Virus record (IMG/VR): IMGVR_UViG_3300028833_000086
Coordinates: 1-64,000 of that record
Reading direction: 5' to 3' (one strand)
DNA length: 64,000 bases
Source: a virus
Taxonomy: Duplodnaviria > Caudoviricetes
Shown here piece by piece: positions 59,107 through 64,000 of the stretch. The notes beneath the pieces are model-generated. The model was not told the DNA's origin and ran no database searches. It worked only from the letters and a program-made list of their open reading frames with translations. Each line of letters starts with the position of its first letter. Within the stretch, counting starts at the first letter, position 1. A program made the translations under genes and the position numbers.

Positions 59107-59301
59107 ATGAAATACGCGGTACTAAGCGATCGGGAGTTCGCTAAACTCCTAAAGAAAAACGGATATGTGGTCGTCAGAAGTAGTGGCGACCACACCATTT
59201 GGACAAATGCTAATCGTAAAGACAGCATAACAGTAAACAAAAACATAAACCCAATGGTAATGAGGCGACTTATTAAAGAACACAATATAAAAGGAGAATG
59301 A
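59107..59301 (+). CDS. hicA: HicA-family mRNA interferase-like protein, no HicB partner
   Basis: REFAKLLKKNGYVVVRSSGDHTIW pattern (G-x-H catalytic His), 64 aa. Confidence 0.75.
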   Translation: MKYAVLSDREFAKLLKKNGYVVVRSSGDHTIWTNANRKDSITVNKNINPMVMRRLIKEHNIKGE

Positions 59302-59305
59302 TTTT

Positions 59306-60310
59306 ATGGCACAGATTATTAATTTTAATTCTTTTGTAACTCCTAACGTCACGGCACAGGCAGAAGTTATTGCTCCTCAGCCGAAGACACATATCAACCC
59401 CTTTGAAAACAGAAAACTTCCTTGGTCAGGCATCGGTGCTGATATTCCCGAGGATATGAAAAAGTATGGAACCGCAGAAGATATTGTTAATGCATTTCTT
59501 CCTTGGCAACTTGGACTGTCTGAAGTAAGTGTAGGCGGTCAGGTAGTACCTAACTACAAGGCCATTGTCCGCTCTGACACTGGTAAAGTATTTGGTATTA
59601 CAAAAGACAGATACAGGCCTGTTCAGAACGCAGACGCCTTTGCTTTTGCTGATGTACTCCGTCAACAGGGAGCAACCTTTGAGAAGGTTGGATGTTATAA
59701 GGGAGGAGAAAAGATTTGGTTCCTCATGAAACTGCCCAGCAGATCCTATGGCGGAGATCAGCATGACCTTTACATGTTCCTTATGAACGGTAATAACGGA
59801 AAGCAGTCGCTCTTCGCTGCCTTCACTACCATCAGAGCAATGTGCTGCAACATGGCACACCTCGTAAGTAAGAATGCAACCTACAAGGTAAGCATTCAGC
59901 ATAGAGGTAATCTTGAAGGTAAGATGCTTGAGGCACAGGAAGTTATGGCTGGAGCCACTGCGTACTTCGACGGACTTACCCATACCATGGAAGAGTTGAG
60001 AAATATTAATCTCACCCGTGCTGAAATGGGAAAGATAATCGAAGGACTGTTCCCTTATGCTGAGGATGCGACGGATCGTGTAAAGAGAACAGCGGTAGAG
60101 AAGAGAAATCAGCTCACCAATATCCTTTATAATGCTCCTGATCTTCAGAACGAAAACATGAACGGGCTCAGATTGGTACACGCACTGACTGACTATGAGT
60201 CACATGCGATACCCGCAAGACGTCCCGAGGGATTTGAAGAGAACCGTCTGATCAACCTTGTGGAAAAGCCTATGCTTGCCGATAAGGTAATTCAGCTCCT
60301 CACAGCTTAA
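59306..60310 (+). CDS. DUF932-family phage/plasmid protein
   Basis: PW.GIG, YRPVQN.DAF.F.D, GG.KIW, IRAMCCN, H.G motifs. Confidence 0.85.
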   Translation: MAQIINFNSFVTPNVTAQAEVIAPQPKTHINPFENRKLPWSGIGADIPEDMKKYGTAEDIVNAFLPWQLGLSEVSVGGQVVPNYKAIVRSDTGKVFGITKDRYRPVQNADAFAFADVLRQQGATFEKVGCYKGGEKIWFLMKLPSRSYGGDQHDLYMFLMNGNNGKQSLFAAFTTIRAMCCNMAHLVSKNATYKVSIQHRGNLEGKMLEAQEVMAGATAYFDGLTHTMEELRNINLTRAEMGKIIEGLFPYAEDATDRVKRTAVEKRNQLTNILYNAPDLQNENMNGLRLVHALTDYESHAIPARRPEGFEENRLINLVEKPMLADKVIQLLTA

Positions 60311-60319
60311 CCAATAACC

Positions 60320-60350
60320 AAGAGGGTGGGCATAGTGCTCACCCTCTTTA
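60320..60350 (+). terminator. Hairpin/terminator after the DUF932 gene
   Basis: AAGAGGGTGGGCA...TGCTCACCCTCTT followed by TAT. Confidence 0.6.
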
Positions 60351-60360
60351 TGAAAGGAGA

Positions 60361-60576
60361 ATGATTATGACAGTAGAAATCCATATTACGGAACATGAAT
60401 ATCACGATGAACTTCTCAAACAGATACCAGTACATTCAGACGGGACGCAACATCGTGAAGACTTGGCTCGCCTCGCCGCAGAGAGATGTAATATTCCTTT
60501 TGAATCTCTTGATTGTGTTATTTATGACACCAATGCATTCTCTATCCCTATATGGCCAAGAGAAGGAGAAAAATGA
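60361..60576 (+). CDS. Hypothetical protein
   Basis: GAAAGGAG RBS. Confidence 0.65.
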   Translation: MIMTVEIHITEHEYHDELLKQIPVHSDGTQHREDLARLAAERCNIPFESLDCVIYDTNAFSIPIWPREGEK

Positions 60577-60749
60577 TGATAAAAATAATGCTTGCATTTG
60601 ACGGAACAGAAGAAGACTTTCAGAAAAACATGGAAGCAGATGAAAATTTTGATCTTGTTGACAGTATTTATTATGCAATAAATTACTGTCAAAGAGGAGA
60701 AGAAACTTATCATAATAATATTCAAATTACCGTAAAAGAGGAGGATTAA
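60573..60749 (+). CDS. Small acidic hypothetical protein
   Basis: AAGGAG RBS; ATGA overlap. Confidence 0.6.
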   Translation: MMIKIMLAFDGTEEDFQKNMEADENFDLVDSIYYAINYCQRGEETYHNNIQITVKEED

Positions 60750-60751
60750 AT

Positions 60752-60961
60752 ATGAGTAAAAGCGCAGTTGTATTTGAAGCACCGAGAGATGGATATACTA
60801 TAAAGCAGATAGAAGATAGAGCATTAACCATAGGGGAAGTTAAAGATATTCTTTCCCAGTATGACGAAGATGATTTGTTTGTGCTTAGCCACGACAACGG
60901 ATATACCTACGGATCAATTGAAAGGTATCCTGAATGTAGAGAAGTAGAAGAGGAGGAATGA
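60752..60961 (+). CDS. Small acidic hypothetical protein
   Basis: GAGGAGG RBS; LSHDNGYTYG motif. Confidence 0.7.
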   Translation: MSKSAVVFEAPRDGYTIKQIEDRALTIGEVKDILSQYDEDDLFVLSHDNGYTYGSIERYPECREVEEEE

Positions 60962-61227
60962 ATATGTTATATACAGCACCAAATCAAACATATACGAAAA
61001 AATATCTTGCCGAACTTAAAGATAAGTACGGAATTATTTATGACGGAAAAGGATGTTTTGCTTTTAAAGTAATTCCAAGAAAAATGAGTAATCCGCTTAT
61101 TCAATTATTAGCCGAAGATGATGGTACTCTTTCTGAGACCGATATTAAGTTTGATATCTATTGGATTAAAGATTTTATTAATAATTTACAAGCGGCTCAA
61201 ACATATGCAGATAAAATTAATTTCTGA
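60958..61227 (+). CDS. Hypothetical protein
   Basis: GAGGAGG RBS; overlap with the previous gene. Confidence 0.65.
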   Translation: MNMLYTAPNQTYTKKYLAELKDKYGIIYDGKGCFAFKVIPRKMSNPLIQLLAEDDGTLSETDIKFDIYWIKDFINNLQAAQTYADKINF

Positions 61228-61243
61228 TAAGGAGAATGTGACT

Positions 61244-61771
61244 ATGGAAAAGAAAATTATAGATAAGATTGATGAAACATATGAAATCTTAAACAAGAGA
61301 ATTGAGGATATTAACCTGAAGTTCAAGATATTGTTTGATGAATTACTTACAAAAGACGTAATTCATATGATAATCGCCATAAGAGACTTTAATAAAGGCA
61401 ACTATTCGTATAGATTCGCTGGTAATAAAACCATTATAATAGGCCTTCAATATAGAGCGAGTGAAAAAATAACCTGTTTTTATACGTTTAGATACGATGA
61501 CAACAGAAGTTTTAAAATGAATCTGTTAAATCCTATAGCCTACAATGATAATTACATTTATCACTTAGAAAGCCGAGCAAAAGAATTAAGTGTAATGGAA
61601 GATTATTATAAACTTATTATTAATAATCTCAAGAATATTATAGATGATATCACCGAGACTTATAGGAATATATCTGAAACTCAGTCTGATAAGTTAGATG
61701 CAATATTATCTCAATTTGATGCAGACTACACACCAACTAAACACATCAAAGTAACTGTTGAATGGGTATAA
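61244..61771 (+). CDS. Hypothetical protein
   Basis: AAGGAG RBS before MEKK. Confidence 0.7.
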   Translation: MEKKIIDKIDETYEILNKRIEDINLKFKILFDELLTKDVIHMIIAIRDFNKGNYSYRFAGNKTIIIGLQYRASEKITCFYTFRYDDNRSFKMNLLNPIAYNDNYIYHLESRAKELSVMEDYYKLIINNLKNIIDDITETYRNISETQSDKLDAILSQFDADYTPTKHIKVTVEWV

Positions 61772-61783
61772 GGAGAAAAGCAT

Positions 61784-62191
61784 ATGAGAAGGGTAATCGA
61801 TGATACACATTTAGAAAGACTTGCAGATATGTTAACGGAAATCATTTTTGCTATTCCTGCTGACAAGGTAAGCGAATATGATTACGGCACATATCGTAGT
61901 CAGTCCCACTTAATAAAAGATTTTATATTAAAACACACAAATAATATTAAGTTTGGTCAGAGTATGAATAAGACGGGAATTGGGAACAATGGGTGTTATG
62001 AACTTATATATACTGGCGATCCCTTAGAAGAACAGATATTCGGGCTTATACATCTGACCAATAATATGTACGGAGGAACTATTTGTTGGATAAGTGATTA
62101 CGATAATAACATAGAATGGAAATCTCGTACGATTCATGGATGTAATCCCAAAGATGAAAGAGCCGTTGCAAGATTAAGATATGCAGAATAA
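61784..62191 (+). CDS. Hypothetical protein
   Basis: AAGGAG RBS. Confidence 0.7.
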   Translation: MRRVIDDTHLERLADMLTEIIFAIPADKVSEYDYGTYRSQSHLIKDFILKHTNNIKFGQSMNKTGIGNNGCYELIYTGDPLEEQIFGLIHLTNNMYGGTICWISDYDNNIEWKSRTIHGCNPKDERAVARLRYAE

Positions 62192-62272
62192 AAGAGGTAA
62201 ATATGAATAAGGATCCGCCGCACTTAACACAGCAACAAGTTAACAGCAGACTTAAATCTAGGAGGAACGAAT

Positions 62273-62923
62273 ATGAATGTTAAAGTTGTATCGGTTGCTC
62301 AATTTGAAAGGGAGACAGGAATTCACATCTCACATTTGTCTGGCAAAATGGATAAGGTAAGAGCGCTTTCAACATATGCGGGACAGAACCCGAGTTGTAA
62401 AGCAATGATGAAGAACGATAAGACTGTTTGTTCTCATTGTTACGCCTATAAGCAGGTTGAGTCTGGTGTATACCCGAATCAGAGAACGGCGCTTGAGCGA
62501 AATGGAAAGGCGTTAAGTAATAAATTACTTACTATCGTACCCAACTTATCAAAGCAGGAGATATTCCGTTTTGAATCTCACGGCGACATTATAAATGTAA
62601 TTCATGCACGCAATTACATTAGGATCGCCAAGGCAAATCCAACTGTAAACTTTGCAGCATGGACAAAACGTCCTTCAATATGGGAATCGGCAATTGGAAA
62701 GGAGGGAAAGCCCGATAATCTTAAGATAGTTTACAGTAGTCCTATTGTAAACTATCCTGCTGAAGTTTGGAACAGATTCACTTTCGTAGATAGCATATTC
62801 ACGGTGTATGAGAAAGGAGTTGTAGCACCAAATCAAACACCATGCCAGTGTGGTAAAGGATCTTGTAACAGATGCAGATTCTGTTATACCAAAAGTGGAA
62901 TGATCGCCGAAACATTACGATAA
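62273..62923 (+). CDS. Gp88-like (radical-SAM-related, Cys-rich) phage protein
   Basis: GKM..V..LST, C...VCSHCYA, FRFESHGD, WTKRP, C..C..C.FCY. Confidence 0.7.
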   Translation: MNVKVVSVAQFERETGIHISHLSGKMDKVRALSTYAGQNPSCKAMMKNDKTVCSHCYAYKQVESGVYPNQRTALERNGKALSNKLLTIVPNLSKQEIFRFESHGDIINVIHARNYIRIAKANPTVNFAAWTKRPSIWESAIGKEGKPDNLKIVYSSPIVNYPAEVWNRFTFVDSIFTVYEKGVVAPNQTPCQCGKGSCNRCRFCYTKSGMIAETLR

Positions 62924-62950
62924 CTTGACAATATAACAAAGGAGAGTATA

Positions 62951-63310
62951 ATGAGTAGAGTAGCATACAAACTTATGAGACTTAAGAAAGACGGAAAAGT
63001 TTATCCATTGTTTATTGATAAGGGAACGCCAACCAAGTTTGGTAAATGGCTCCCTGCAGAATGTCACCCGACAAAGGGATTTGCTGTTCGTCAAGGTTGG
63101 CACTGTTGTTTTACGCCCTATGCTCCACATCTCAAAGAGAAGTTAGCAAGTGGAGAACAGAGAGTATGGGTTGAGGTAATGGTTGATGATTATACAACTT
63201 ACGACCGTCCTGAATCACAAGGAGGAGCGTGGATCCTTGCTAATAAAATGAAGGCAATTCGCACCATAACAATGGAAGAGGCCGAACAGATTAGAAAGGA
63301 GGCAGCATGA
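62951..63310 (+). CDS. Conserved phage hypothetical protein
   Basis: AYKL.R...YPLFI...GFAVRQGWHC...QGGAW. Confidence 0.75.
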   Translation: MSRVAYKLMRLKKDGKVYPLFIDKGTPTKFGKWLPAECHPTKGFAVRQGWHCCFTPYAPHLKEKLASGEQRVWVEVMVDDYTTYDRPESQGGAWILANKMKAIRTITMEEAEQIRKEAA

Positions 63311-63633
63311 TTACATTTGAACAGGGAGTTGAAATAGGACATCCCGATAGGTTAGGTATGACAAAACTCTTATTGGCTTGTGAACACTTCGAACGCTTAA
63401 GTAATTATCAAATACAGGCTAGAGTTAAAGATACATGGGCTGACCTTGGTGCTCGATTATGGTACAAGCAAATCGTAATCTATAGAGGTTGCGAAAATGA
63501 TTCTTTTCAAATAAATCCGAATGAAAGGGAAGCAATACTTAATTCCAGCAATGATGCTGAAATAATCTGGGCTGTTAAACACGCAATGGAAAACTATCCT
63601 GAACTTTATACAAAATCAAAATGGAGGAAGTAA
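63307..63633 (+). CDS. Hypothetical protein
   Basis: AAGGAGG RBS; ATGA overlap. Confidence 0.7.
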   Translation: MITFEQGVEIGHPDRLGMTKLLLACEHFERLSNYQIQARVKDTWADLGARLWYKQIVIYRGCENDSFQINPNEREAILNSSNDAEIIWAVKHAMENYPELYTKSKWRK

Positions 63634-63635
63634 AT

Positions 63636-63812
63636 ATGGCAAAATATGAAGTGCAGCTTGTGAACCAACACTATTATAGCTCAATAATTGAAGCTGAGGA
63701 TAGAGAAGAAGCCGAGAAAAAAGCAGAAGAACTTTTATCTGAACTTGGTACCAGCATCATGACATTCAATGAAGAATCTTGGGTTGATGAAATAGAGGAG
63801 GTAGAAGAATGA
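63636..63812 (+). CDS. DpnD/PcfM-like small acidic protein
   Basis: MAKYEV.......IIEAEDREEAEKKA pattern. Confidence 0.6.
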   Translation: MAKYEVQLVNQHYYSSIIEAEDREEAEKKAEELLSELGTSIMTFNEESWVDEIEEVEE

Positions 63813-64000
63813 GATATTATTTTACAGACTTTTATAATTGGGAACAGCCGAAAATTGATCAGCTCCGCAAGGAAGGTAAGTATGTCTATTCTGTAATTGA
63901 TGATGAGGGCGAACATTACTCTATCAGAAGATGGGGGATCTGTAATAGATTCGCTTTCCTTGTTACAGATGTAGACATCATACCCGCCGATGAAGATTCA
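63809..64000 (+). CDS. Hypothetical protein, truncated by the window edge
   Basis: GAGGAGG RBS; open to the end of the window (MRYYFTDFYNW...). Confidence 0.6.
   Translation, partial: MRYYFTDFYNWEQPKIDQLRKEGKYVYSVIDDEGEHYSIRRWGICNRFAFLVTDVDIIPADEDS

Noticed and set aside
1-64000. Prophage boundaries, integrase or host genes
   Set aside because: None recognised; the whole window reads as phage, and lifestyle cannot be determined here.

Overview
This window is part of a large, AT-rich Firmicutes siphophage genome (probably with a Clostridiales/Lachnospiraceae-type host) with an SPbeta-like layout. Left arm (1 to about 51.3 kb, minus strand, in transcription order): wHTH protein, SleB-like hydrolase, RNA ligase with an intein, YonO-type single-subunit RNA polymerase, ClpP-like protease, metallophosphoesterase, a 0.9 kb non-coding RNA cluster, terminase, fibre/discoidin genes, a six-gene module of unknown function, portal, protease/scaffold, capsid, head-tail genes, major tail protein, RuvC-like resolvase and a 3678-aa tape measure. 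An almost pure A/T tract at about 51.3-51.5 kb marks the strand switch. The right arm (plus strand) carries a GC-rich structured non-coding stretch and many small early-type genes. Three group I introns split genes that the ORF track shows as fragments; one intron encodes a LAGLIDADG endonuclease. The most striking observation is the intergenic region 41685-42592. It is a packed cluster of small structured RNAs: five H-type pseudoknot units of at least two families resembling type III toxin-antitoxin antitoxins (CptI-like and ToxI-like) with no toxin gene beside them, one or two solitary CRISPR-repeat-like units, two D-arm-reduced tRNA mimics and a duplicated hairpin scaffold. I interpret this as a candidate multi-target RNA decoy (anti-defence) cassette. 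Family assignments come from motif recognition and recollection, not from database searches.
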